Positions 24,927 to 36,216 of a stretch of DNA of 64,000 bases are shown in pieces. Source of the stretch: Camelus dromedarius (Eukaryota); the NCBI RefSeq assembly GCF_036321535.1, contig NC_087455.1:558001-622000 (forward strand). The letters are read 5' to 3'. The position numbers were made by a program, and so were the translations under genes. The notes below the pieces were generated by a model, which was not told where the DNA came from, ran no database searches, and saw nothing but the letters and a program-made list of their open reading frames with translations. Position 1 is the first letter of the stretch; each line of letters opens with the position of its first letter.

Positions 24927-27899
24927 TAAGCGGCAGGCCCTCCGTCGTCCCCCTCCTTGCCCCCTTCGACCCTTCCTACCGGGCAGCAGGTGGCCTGCTC
25001 CCTCACTGAGAGTCTCCCCTGGTGTCCACCTCACCTAACCCTCACTCTCTGGCCACTTCCCCTGCGCTCACGCGCTGCTCTTTGTCACACGCAGGTCACA
25101 TCATGCCCACCACTGCGCAGCAGTCTCCACTGCTGCCCCCGGAATCCAGCCTCTGCCCACCAGCCTGCACGCTCATGCTCACCCCATCCTCAGTGCGGCG
25201 TAAAGTAAACAAAAGATAAAACAGGCAAGTCATTCATGACAGATAGGACAAGAGGCGCATCTGTCTCATGTTAACATGCAAAGGGGCCCGTCCGCGTCAG
25301 CAAGATGCACAGCAACGCGGGCAGCGCGCAGGCACCGGGCTCTCCCTGCGTCCCCAGCGGAAGGCTTGGGCGGAGGCCCGGCACACAGCTGCCCTCCGCC
25401 GGCACCAGACGCCGCCTGTGCTGTGGACCCACGCAGGTGGGGACAGCCAGTGGAGCCCAAATGGTCACTCTTCACGACAGGATCACCCACCTCCCGACAC
25501 CCTCCTGCAGGAGGCCTCACGTGAGGGCAACAGCCATGTATGAACAACACTTACATCTACCAGGGATCTGGTTAGACTTTTTAAAAGACAAGCATGGGGA
25601 GAGGCGGTAGCCAGGGAAGTATCAGCCACGGTGGAAGAGCTAGGCTTCACTGGTTCGATAAGAGTCCCTCTGTGGCCCCTGCCCGGACCAGGCAGTTGGT
25701 CTGTGGGCTTATGACACACCGGGGTGGCAGCACAGACCCTGCTCCCTGTGGAGCGGACAGACAAATCTGTGAGTGCTCCACAGGGGAAGGGGATGCAAAG
25801 AGAGGGAAGGGTCTGGAAGGCCCCCTGCCTCCCTCAGGAAGCACTTAGAGGTACCATCTCCTTTCACCTGCAGGGCCAGGCAGGTCTGAGAGCAGCTGTT
25901 AGCAGCTGGGAAGCAGTGGAGCAGGACTCAAGCAGGACTGGCTCCAAGCACTCCCTCCACGCCCGCCCATGATGCCCATGAGCACAGGTCACAGAGCAGG
26001 GTGACCGTACACACTGTAGGCCACCTCAGTCAGTCAGGAGGAGTGAGGAGTCAGTCCTCCTCACCTGTACTCAGTCAGCATTCACTCAACTGCACTGAAC
26101 AAATGCCCACGTGCTGCCGCCCCAGCCCACAGAGCCCCTGGCCTGAAAGGGCCATGCGTACAACAGCTGCCACATGGACGGGCACAGGCTGAGAAAGGTG
26201 CGGGGCCAACCTTACTGAGCTGGAGGGGTCAGAGACCACGAGGGCCACACCCCCAGCCCAGAGGCAGCCTGTCCAGAGGGTGTGTGAAGGGAAACTGGGA
26301 AGTCAGGACACCATGGGGGTCATAGGAATGTCCCACCCAGGCACGAGGCCCAAACACAAGGCCCAGGGGCCTTCCCTTCCTAGCACAGGAGCCAAAGAAT
26401 CAACTCCCAGAGTCACTGACAAAAACAGGGCAGATGACCAAGCAGACAGCCCACACAGCTCACAGTCCCTTGAGAATCCAGGTTCCCAACATAAGCCACA
26501 CCAAGCTGTGTCCCCCCAACCAGGTGCCTCCAGTGAAGAGGGCACCTTCCTCATGACGTCCAGCAGCCAGCCTTCCCTGAGCACTGGCCAGGAGCCTTCC
26601 TGGAGTCCCTACCCGAGCAGATCAAGCAGCTCAGCTCCATGAAGGGGCTGATCACAGATGGGCAACAACCCAGCTGCTTCCCTGGGCCTCAGTGGACTCT
26701 GGGTCTGAACCAAGCGCAGACACCTGCTTCCAGGCATGTGAGCCAGCTGTGAACTTGAGAAAGCAAGCAAGTGCCCCACGGTTCCACCTCAGGTCCACCA
26801 GTGATCCTCAGCCCAGACGTTGGTTTCAAGGTAACTCCAGGTCAGCTCAATTCCAGGTCATTCCATGCTGTCACCAAGAGAGACCAAAAACGCATGCTCA
26901 CTTGAGCCACAATAGCCGAGGCCTGGGAACCAGGATCCTGCTGACAACAGCGTCCCCAGGCCCCTTGGCTGTCTGGACCGCAGGGCAACTACATCACAAT
27001 CACGCCACCGGCCAAGTGGCCCACAACTGATGCTTCTCAGGTGGGTCTCCTGGGGCCCCGTGCCTGCCAGCCCCCTCCATCTGGGCCATCATCACCACTC
27101 AACCCAAAGGCTCTAACACTCAATCCACCAACTTCACCCCTGACTTCTCTCAGGTCCCCGCCTCACCTGCCTCTTTTCCTATGTCATCATGCCCCCAGCT
27201 ACCTCGGTCCGAACTCAGCATCACTCCCTCCTGTTCCTCCGTCTCCCTCCCCACACCCTACAGTCACTCACTGACCACCTTCTTCTCCACCTCTACCTTC
27301 ATCCCTTTCCAAAGTGGTCACTGCCCCCAGGACTGTCCCCTCAAAGCCAGCTTCCACCCTAATCCCACCTATCCCCCCACCCCAGACAGCCGCTCCAGCT
27401 TATACCCCCCCAGAACCCTCTGCCCCCACACCCCCTTATGCCTCATTGCACTTGAGCTTATCAGTCACCCAGCCCCGACCCTGGCAAAGGGGACCCTCTT
27501 AAGTATGCAGGTTGGAACTGCCTGTGCGCACAGAGCCCTTTTCTCAGACCCCAACACTGCACTGCAGCTATGCTGGTGCTGCAGGAAAATCAGAACCCAA
27601 AATTGGGCCTAGGAGGCCAGGGACTGTGGGCCAGCCCTGGCCTAGCACCAGCTAGGTCTCACCTTGACTGAGGGCTGGACTTCCTGCAGCCCCTTCCAGC
27701 TTTACCACCTACATTACACGACCAGAAATCCTTAGGACTTTGGACAAATTACCTCCCGGCTCTGGACTGCCTCCTTCTCTAATGTCAAAGAGAAAATGAG
27801 AAGAATACGACGGCCTCTGCTCTTTGGGACTGTCGGGGTCTAGGCTTAGCTTCCCATGGAGGCAACCCCTGAAGTGCCTGCTGGGGGAGCAGGAACGTG

Positions 27900-28950
27900 G
27901 ACCACACGCCTCCGGAAAGTGACAGGCACTAGGACTGGCGACCCAGTGTCCCCCAGGGAGGGGGTGGGCACAGGGGACCAGGTACCTTGAGCCCCACCCT
28001 GGGAGGGGCAGGCGGGGCGGAGGGGTAGGGACGGGTAATCTGAGCCCCACCCTGGAAAGGGTTGGGCAGGGGGACTAGGCGCCCCGCGTCCCACCCTGGG
28101 AGGGGACGGACTCGGGGACCAGGCGTCAGGAAGAATGTGAGCGGCTAGGCTCCCAGGCCTCTCTTCCGGGTTGTGTGGCGGCAGATCCCGCTCCGCGCGG
28201 GGCTGGACGCACCTGAGCCCAGGGAAGGGGCGGGCTCGGCCCCGCGACGCCGGGACCCTCCCTTTGCTGGCCGGGTGACCTTGGAGAGGCGCCCCCTGAC
28301 TCGGCTTCCCCCGCGGCCTAGCCAAGGGGGCGGCCCAAGGGTCTGCGACCCAGGATCCCCCGAGGGGCACCTCCCCGAGGGAGCGCAGCCGTCCCCTGGC
28401 CCCCTGGCCCCGGCCCCCGGATCCCGACCGCCGTTTACCTGAGAGGCCGCCGCAGTAGCTGCCGGGGCACCGCCCTCCCGCCTGCCGTGGACCGGGGCGG
28501 GCGGGGCCACGCGACGAGTCCGTCCCGCCGCCCTCCGCCAACCGCGGCCCGGCTTGCGGTAGTCCGGCCCCGCCCCAACCCTATCTCCGAGCTCATTGGT
28601 CGGAGGGGCCTCCCTCTCGGTCTCTCCGCCCCGCCCACCGAACCCAAGAGAGCCGGAGTGCGCAAACTCCACCTCGTGCTCGGCCCCGCCCCCGGCCGCC
28701 CAGTGACCCGCACACCTGACTGTTGGGCGCGAGGACCGCCGCCGTGTGGGCCGCAAGGCGGGACTGGCCACTGCGCAGGCGCGGGAGCAGCCCCCCCCCC
28801 CCCCTTCCCATTCTGGTGTGTCCCGGTCCGGTCCGTCACTTACACTCCACGATCCCCGCACACAGACCCCGCGCCACACACCGGGGGACGCATTGGGGAT
28901 GTGGGTTCCGCCCGCCAAGGCGCCCAAAGCAGGTCCCCTCGCAAACACAT
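27900..28950 (-). promoter_or_regulatory. MROH1: CpG island / promoter and non-coding first exon of MROH1
   Basis: CpG-dense. NRF1-like TGCGCAGGCGCG at 28772-28783, CCAAT (minus) at 28595-28599, several GC boxes. Splice donor CAG|GTAAAC on minus after 28439. TSS not determinable from sequence alone. Confidence 0.7.
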
Positions 28951-29528
28951 ACCTGTCCAGGTACACACGCCAGGTGCCCCCAATCTGGACACACACGGGC
29001 TCTGTCATGCCCTCTATCTCTCACTCATGAACACACGCCCTGAACACCCAACAAACATCCCAGGGACCCCGAGGACACCGTGTCCTTGCAAACAGGTACA
29101 CACGTGCACCCGGGAGGCACACGTTCAGTCTGCCAACAGGCCGTGGGAATGAAGATGAGCAGGTGTCTGCATTCTGGACCTTGGAATCTGGAGGAGGCAG
29201 ATTATAAACAAGTAAACGACTAAAATACACATGAAGTGCTCTGAGGGGTCGCAGCTAGAGGCTGAGAAAGGCAGAAGCTGAGAGAGGAGCCCGAGTTGCG
29301 GGCAGAGACACACTGGCACGTGCAAAGCCCCAAGGCTGAAATTGCCTGGACATGTTTACAAACCAAAAAATCAAGGAGTGAGTGGTGTTTCCGAAGTTCA
29401 GGAAGTAAAAAGAGCGATTTGAGAAGAAGTGGTCGGCAGCACTAACAGATGTGTGCCACTTGCTGGGACTGCAGAGAGCTGTGGGCTGGGGTGCAAGGAG
29501 GCAAAGTAGGGGCACAAGTTTAAACACT

Positions 29529-29695
29529 GGGGCGGGAGGTTTTAGCTCAGTGGTAGAGTGCATGCTTAGCATGCACAAGGTCCTGGGCTCAATTCCCAGT
29601 ACATCCCTTTAAAAAGAAGTAAATAAATAAAAGTAAACCTAATTACTCCCCCCTCCCCCCCAAAAAAGACAATATAAAAAGTAAATAAATAACTA
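29529..29695 (+). mobile_element. Camelid-type tRNA-derived SINE with TSD TTAAACAC
   Basis: tagctcagtggtagagtgcatgcttagcatgcacaaggtcctgggctcaattcccagtac, then aaataaataa..aaacctaattactcccccc tail. TSD at 29520-29527 and 29696-29703. Confidence 0.85.
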
Positions 29696-31781
29696 TTAAA
29701 CACCAGGGTAGGGTGGCAACTGAGTAGTGCCTGGGAGGTGGGGGCATTCTTTCACAGAGAAAGGCTTCAGCCTGTTTCTGTTGCAGGGATTCAGACCAAA
29801 AGAGAACTCGGATGGCGAAGAGAGTGCGGTCCTCAGCAGATGGCGTCTGGCCCCTCAGGAAGAGCCCCACCCCCACCCACCCCAGATTTCCCCACAGGCA
29901 GGAGGGGGAGGGGTGAGCCCAGGCATGTGGAAGTTGCCAGGGAGGGAGGCAGGAGGCCTTTTCCAAGCTCACACCTGGACCTGGACGGCTCACTCTCCCT
30001 TAGTTCCCATGGCCAGCGCCTAGCAAGCCCAGCTGGCTGGCCCTGCCCCTCCCCAGCCTCAGCTCGATTTCTTCACCCGCCAAGCAAACAAGCTGCCCCA
30101 GCACAGGTCACAGCCGTCTTTGAACTTTGATTAAATTCTTAAGGCTAATCTCCCTTCCACAACGGCAAGCTCTGTGAGAGAAAGGCCCCTGTCTGTGATT
30201 TGCTCCCAAGGGCTCAGCACCAAGCCCAGTACTTGGCAGGCACTCAGTGAAGGTCCGTGAAGTAGCTGGATGAGCCAGGGTGCAGAGAAAGAGGAAGGTG
30301 GACAGAGCTGGTGATCATTCTGGATCCTGCCTGTCATCTGCCCAGGCAACAGTCACTGGCTTCCAGTTGTGTTCTGGTACTGGTGGGAGCCAGGAATGTG
30401 AGGGGGGCACAGCACAGACACCCTTGGCCGGAGCCACATGGTTTTCCCTTTTGCTGCTCCAGCTTGGACATGGCACTCTCCAGCCTAAGTAACACCTGAG
30501 TAACTATCCCAAGTTAAAGCCCCTCCGCTTGAAATACCTGGAGCGGTTTCTATTTTCCTAAACCTCAGGTCAGCAACAAACCAGTTAGTTTGTCCATATT
30601 GTCTATATTCCAGGCAACTTGCCAGAACGGGGCTATAGGGGAGCAAGGGAGCATCAAATGCAAGCCCGCTCTCAAGAAGCTCAAAATCCAGCGGGGATGA
30701 GATGTGTCTTACTCATTCACGAGCGAGTACTCTGAGGCTCTCCCTGCACTGGGAGTAATACCTCACCCACCGTGAATCCCAGGGGGACAAGCCAAGTTCA
30801 CAGACCCTCCCAGGACAGCAGCCACAGCCACTGTGCATCCAGCTCACAGAAGAGATACCATGAATTTGGGCCCCATGTGTGTCATCTGTAAAAGGGGTAT
30901 CACTTGGTGGTGCTCAGATTTGAAATCCTGGATGTGAACCGTCTACCACAGGACAGGCACATCGGTCGTAACTGTGAACAAAAGCAGACTGCAGGAGGGG
31001 CGGCTGCAGCTCCTAGGAACGCTTTGAACAGCACCTGGCCCATGGCAGGCACTCAGCAAACAGTAGGCGGCTACTCCCCAGCATAACAGCACCCACAGGA
31101 CTCCAGGGCCCAGGAGACAGGAGGGGACATGTTGGCTCCTCTCTTCTGGAGCTGGAGGGTTGAGGTAGGCCCTTGCAGATCTTTGCTTGCCTGGGGAAAT
31201 GTCATCAAGTGTGCAGAGAGCTCTAGGGGAAAGCCTGAGCAGAAGCTTTAGTCCCCAGCAGAGGAAGGCTGAGTGGCTCCCCCACATGCCAGCTTCTTTG
31301 AAGGCCTTTTATGGCCAGCCAGGGTGGCCCAAGAGGCCTCACCCTGGCTCTAGCCCTTAGGGTTCTCATCCTACCAAGTGGGACCCATGCAGGGCAGGAA
31401 TGGTTCCAGCAAGATGTCTTTAGAGCAGGCAAGTCCTGGGGGACAGGACAGCCCCTTCAAGGGCACAATGCAGGTATGGCTCTAGAACCTGCCCCTGCTT
31501 TCCCAGACCCTGCCCTCCCCCACGCCAGTTCATGCTTGTGTAGCTGGGTTAGCCTCCCATCCTGAGCTCTCAGCCCCGGTCACTCTCCCGTCTGAGCCCC
31601 AGTCCCAGCAAGAATTCAGAAACTGGGCAGCAGCCTTGAGGGGGTGCAACTGGCCTCCTGCAGCCCCATCACCCCTGCCCCTCTAACACAAGTTAGGCCT
31701 CAGCCGTGCCTCCCAACCCCCTCCCCAAGACCCTGCAGTGAACTGGACGGCCCCACCCTCTTCTGCAGTGCCCTGCCCTCC

Positions 31782-33181
31782 ATGAAGGGCAGTGGCAGCA
31801 AAAACCGGACTAGAAAACCTTCATGGAGCAGGTGCGTGAATGCAGGGACAAGGGCTACCTGCTCTCCTCCAAGAAGAATGGCTCTGGGGCCTTCCCCAAA
31901 GTCTGCCCGACCTATGCCATGTGAGAGCACATGTGGCACAACTCAAAGCTGGCCTCTAACCTGCGACGCAAACACTGTACCATGGTGAGGTCGGCTTGCC
32001 TCCTCCCCATGGGCCCCTGTCCTAACTCCACTCAGGCACCCCTCAGGGCCTCTGGCTCCCTCCTGGTCCCACAACCTCCCTGAGGGCCAAGCCTCCTGCA
32101 GGCTGATCACTCCCAGTTTCCAGACGCCCTGAACATATAAGTTCTTGGATGAGGGGGGTCAGCGCTGGCCCCCAGAGATGCTGCCAACCCTACCTGGCCC
32201 AGCCAAGTTCCACAGTGAGCACAAAGAACAGAGGCCCCTCACGCCGCATCCTGCCCCGAGGGGCTGTGGTCTCCCCACAGGGGCCACCCCCAACCCCTGC
32301 AAGCAGCTATCAAGGCCACCTCCACCTCTGAGGCCCCGCAGGCTCTCCCGCTAGTTCCTGCCCGTGAGATCCTGTCACTCAGTGTTGCCTACAAGCACCT
32401 ACATGTGGTGGAAGGGACCCCGGGGCCAACCTGTCCCCATCCTGCCCACTCCAGGCTTGCACCCTTCCCCACCAGGGACCGTTATGCTCAGGCCCAACCC
32501 CATCCTGAGACCCCAGTCCAGTGCCTGGACAGCCCCTCCTTGGGACAATAGCAGGTGCAGGTGGGTGGGAGTCTGGCAGGTGCAAGAGACCTGCCAGAAC
32601 AGCCAGCGCTCCTACTTGATGCTGAGTGCCAGGACCCCATCCGAGGCCTGCTCCAGCTGCAGCCCCAAGTGCACCTGGGCCTGCAGCAGGTGGCTAAGCA
32701 CCACGCACGCGCTCTTCTGCACCCTGCTCGGTTTGTACCAGGTGTGACAGGCCCACGAGGGTGGGCAGGTGGGCAGCTCCTCAGCACCTCCTGCGCCCCA
32801 CCCACCACCATCTGACGGTCCCACTGCAATTGGTTGCAGAGAAGCTGGAGGAGTCTCAGCTCTCAGCGTCCCTGGATAACACGGAGCCCAGCTCAGACTC
32901 AGATGCCCCAAGGCCCCTCCTGCAACTGCGGCGTCTGCAGCAACAGGGCGCCCTACCCAATGGCACCTCCGTGCCTGAGCACCCTGGGGCTCGCCCCAGA
33001 CGAGGTGCGGGCTCTGCCGGGCTGGTGCTCTGGGGCTTGGAGGAGGCCAGTCGTGGGGCGCAGCGGGGTAGGTCCCTCCGGCATCCGCTGTTGCTGTGCT
33101 CCGTGTCTGCCACCCAGAACCTGCCTGGGCACCACCTGTTAACCGAGGGTGTGCAGGCAGGCCGGGGTGAGGCCAGATAAA
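31782..33181 (+). pseudogene. TSSK5: Testis-specific serine/threonine kinase 5 unitary pseudogene
   Basis: Recognisable TSSK5 pieces: exon 1 31782-31984 (..FMEQVRECRDKGYLLSSKKNGSGAFPKV..HNSKLASNLRRKHCTM), exon 2 ~32303-32407 (AIK..EAP..FLP.EILSL..YKH), ETCQNSQRSYLML then ECQDPIRGLLQLQP..LQQVA at ~32580-32741, and DNTEP at 32875-32889. Disrupted by frameshifts, TAG 31811, TGA 31922, TAG 32352 and loss of HRD/DFG/APE. Syntenic position between HGH1 and MROH1. Confidence 0.9.
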
Positions 33182-33184
33182 GCG

Positions 33185-33190
33185 TTTATT
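33185..33190 (-). terminator. Probable HGH1 polyadenylation signal AATAAA
   Basis: TTTATT on plus, ~1.28 kb past the HGH1 stop codon, at the 3' end of the convergent TSSK5 remnant. Confidence 0.6.
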
Positions 33191-34466
33191 CTGTGGAGCC
33201 GAGGGTGTGGACTTCACAATACAGGAAGAGGGCCGCAGGCCCTGGGGCACCTCGAAAAGAGTCCACATACCTACATGCCAGAGCTTTCATTTAATTGGGA
33301 GGGAAGGGGGAATAGAGAGGGACTACTGAGGAGGGAGATACCTGGCACCACAAAGAACCCAGCCTTGATGGGAGTGGGCAAGTGGAGCTACCTCCAGCTT
33401 TAAGGCAGTACCAGACTGAGACTTGTGGAGTCGGGGGTATTGGGAACTCTTGGGAAGAGAAGCTACCCTCTGGCACCAGGGTACAAGGGGCCTGGGAGGG
33501 CCAGTACACAGGGGTCCTGTGCAAAAGATGGCACTAGGTTTGGTGGGAGGCTCTGGAAGAGAGTACAGTGGGGTGAGGGCCACACAGACAGCCTACCAGT
33601 GACAGTCTTCAAGGCTTGGTGGCTGAAGAATTGGGGGTACCACACATGGAGCCAGGGGCTCCAAGGGGGCAGAGGGTGGTGGGGAAAAAACCTTGGACCA
33701 TGGGCAAGGCTGCAGGCGTATCAGGGAGGCTCTCAGCATGGTAGGCAAGGGGTTCTGGGGAGCTGAGACTCAGGGAAGTTGACCAGGGAGAGGGCCTAGC
33801 TATTGGGAGAGGGCGAGGGCATCAGCTTAGTCCAGAACTGGGAAACAGGACTCGAGGAGCTTGCACGGGGCTGAGAACTGGGTTTGAGCAAGGTCAAGTG
33901 GGAAGGTGGAGAGGATGAGAGGGAGTGCTCCAGGGAGAGGCCAGGGGGATGCAGCCCTAGGAGGCTCCAGGACAGGTTGTGGCTGGTGAGAATCTCAACA
34001 AGTCAGCCCTTTGAGGCCGAGTCTCAGGCAGGGCAAGCTGAGGGCCCCAGGACAGGACTGGCAGCAAGGGGCACTGCAAGCACCTGGGTGCCCACCTACG
34101 CCCAGACCACTGCAGCACCCCTGGGACTGGGAAGCTTCAGCTGACCCCTCCAGCTTGCAGTACTTTTCTGTCCAGCCTCATAGGACACCCCGAGGATGTA
34201 CCTGAGCAAGTCATAGGGCCTGGCCAGCTCTGGTTGAACATTCCTTCTCTGAGCAACCAGCATTCTTGCTGGAAGCAACAGTGCCCTCAAAACTTCAGTG
34301 TTTCCTGAGCACTCGCTCTAGGGCCCTCAGCAAGGACCTGGAGCTTACAGGTGGCTCTGCTTCTCAGCAGCGCACAGCCTCAGAGCAAGGGGACCCGGAG
34401 GCCTGCCGGCAGCTGCAGATGGGTCTGGTCTGGGAAGCCTGGAGCTGGTGGCGGGCTTCAGGGGCC

Positions 34467-36216
34467 TCAGGTGGGTGCAGCTCCCTCTGCTTGTGGCTCT
34501 GGAGCCAGTTCCTGCTCCTGACGCTTCTGCGCACACTGCTCCTGGTCCTGGAGGTCCTGCTGCTGCAGCTCTCGCTCAATATCTTCGGGCACCTGCACCT
34601 CCAGCAGGTTCTCCATGCCGTGCTCCGGCTCGTCCCCAATAAGCACCTGCCAGCAGGGCAGGCAGGTGAGCAGCTGGCTAGCACACCACGCTCACCCACC
34701 ACCCCCCTAGCCCCGCACCCACCTGGATGAGTTTCTCACAAGCCATCCGCACATCGGGCTCTGACTCCCAGCTGTGCAGCTCACGCAGGATCAGGTAGGC
34801 TCCCTGGTCTCTCACCTGCTTCCGACCAGGCGCCGTTGCTGTCAGCTGGGAGAGGACAGAGGTTACCCAGATGTTGTGTACTTGTGTGTGTTGCGGGGGG
34901 CATTAATGTAGCAGGACCGCTGCTCACCAGCATGATGGCCTCAATGAGCATTTTGCGGATGTCGGCATCAGACTCTCGCTGCTTGTCTGACGGCAGGTAC
35001 TGCAGGTCAACAGGCAGCCCTAGGGGTGAATGTGGGAGTCACTGGGTCCCTATGTGGCCCCTGGGCTGATATGCCAGACCCTACCATTGTAAGCCAAATC
35101 TGTGCTTAGCTCCCTGCTGGAATGTTTCAGAAGAGGCCCTGACCTGGACACCTTCTCCCTCTCCCCTAATGGCCTCCCTTCCTGCCTAGCCAACCCTGAG
35201 GCTCAGCCCAAGCCACTCACGCTCCATCTCCTCCTCAGAGAAGTCCTCAGGCCCAGCCAAGGGCAGTAGCAAGAAGGGGAGAATGTCCACCTCGGGCCCA
35301 AGCAACCACTCATGGTGTCCTGGGGGAAATAGGAATGGAGGCCAGTCCAGAGGGGCCCCAGTCCAATCTATCCCCCCCCCCATTCTCCGACATGGCAATT
35401 TCCCCACCACCACTCACGGTGCTCGAAGCAGCAGTTTCGCAGTGTCCCCACCACCCCGCCCCTGCGCACCGAGGAGTCCGCGTATTGGGTAAGGGGCAGC
35501 AGCCGCTGGACCACGCACCTGGAGGGAAGGACCACTCAGTGCCGTCCCTTCTCACTTTCACCCCCTCCCAGCGAGCACCCTGGGCTTCACCTGTCGCGGT
35601 CCAGCAGGAAAGCGCGCGTGGCGGGACGCTGGCTGAGGTTAGAAAGCACAGGCCCCAGGTAGTGAAGGGGCGCGCGGGGGTTGTAGCCGGGAGTGCACAG
35701 CGCTCGAACCAGCCGCTCCAGGCCCGTCTCCACCGGCTCCGCGGCCGCCAGCGCCGCCATCAGCGCAGCACACGGCGCCGGCTCGCGGCTGAGGTTAGCC
35801 AGCACGGCGGCCGCCTCTTCGGCCCAGGGCCACTGTGGGTCCAACGCGCAGCCCAGCAGGCGGGAGGGCAGCCCGGGCTCGGCCGCCAGCAGCGGATCGT
35901 ACAGGCCGGGGTCGGCGGCCAGATTGACGAGCGCGCGAGCGGCGTCTCGGGCCGGGGCGGGAGCAGGGGCCACCGCGAGCTCGACCAGCGCCCGCAGCAG
36001 TGCCCCTTGGCCGGCCAGCAGCGTGCGGCCCGGCTCCGAGCCGGTCAGCGCCAGCACGTGCTGCGCCGCCGCCGCCTGCAGGTCACCCCGCGCTCCGAGC
36101 GCCAGGAAGGGCAGCAGCTTCGCAGCCGCCGCCTTCGGGCCGGCCTCTGGCATCGGCGACCCTACGGAAGCGAGGCTGCCGGCTGACGCGCCCGAGTCAG
36201 CCCCGGCGTCCCCCAT
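34467..36216 (-). CDS. HGH1: Protein HGH1 homolog (eEF2 chaperone, ARM-like), 406 aa, 6 exons
   Basis: Exons 35591-36216, 35418-35518, 35221-35319, 34928-35019, 34723-34845, 34467-34646; 1221 nt; all GT-AG. Translation MGDAGADSG..KLLPFLALGARGDLQ..LDPQWPWAEEAAAVLANLSREP..RCVVQRLLPLTQY..RNCCFEHRHHEWLLGPEVDILPFLLLPLAGPE..EKLIQVLIGDEP..AAPT* matches recalled HGH1/FAM203A. Confidence 0.96.

Noticed and set aside
28145-29152. Long ORFs on both strands in the MROH1 CpG island
   Set aside because: GC-driven absence of stops; low-complexity products; the true MROH1 ATG is at 18645.
35335-36186. 283-aa ATG-initiated ORF antisense to HGH1
   Set aside because: Shadow of a GC-rich coding exon and CpG island; runs across HGH1 introns; no recognisable domain or promoter.
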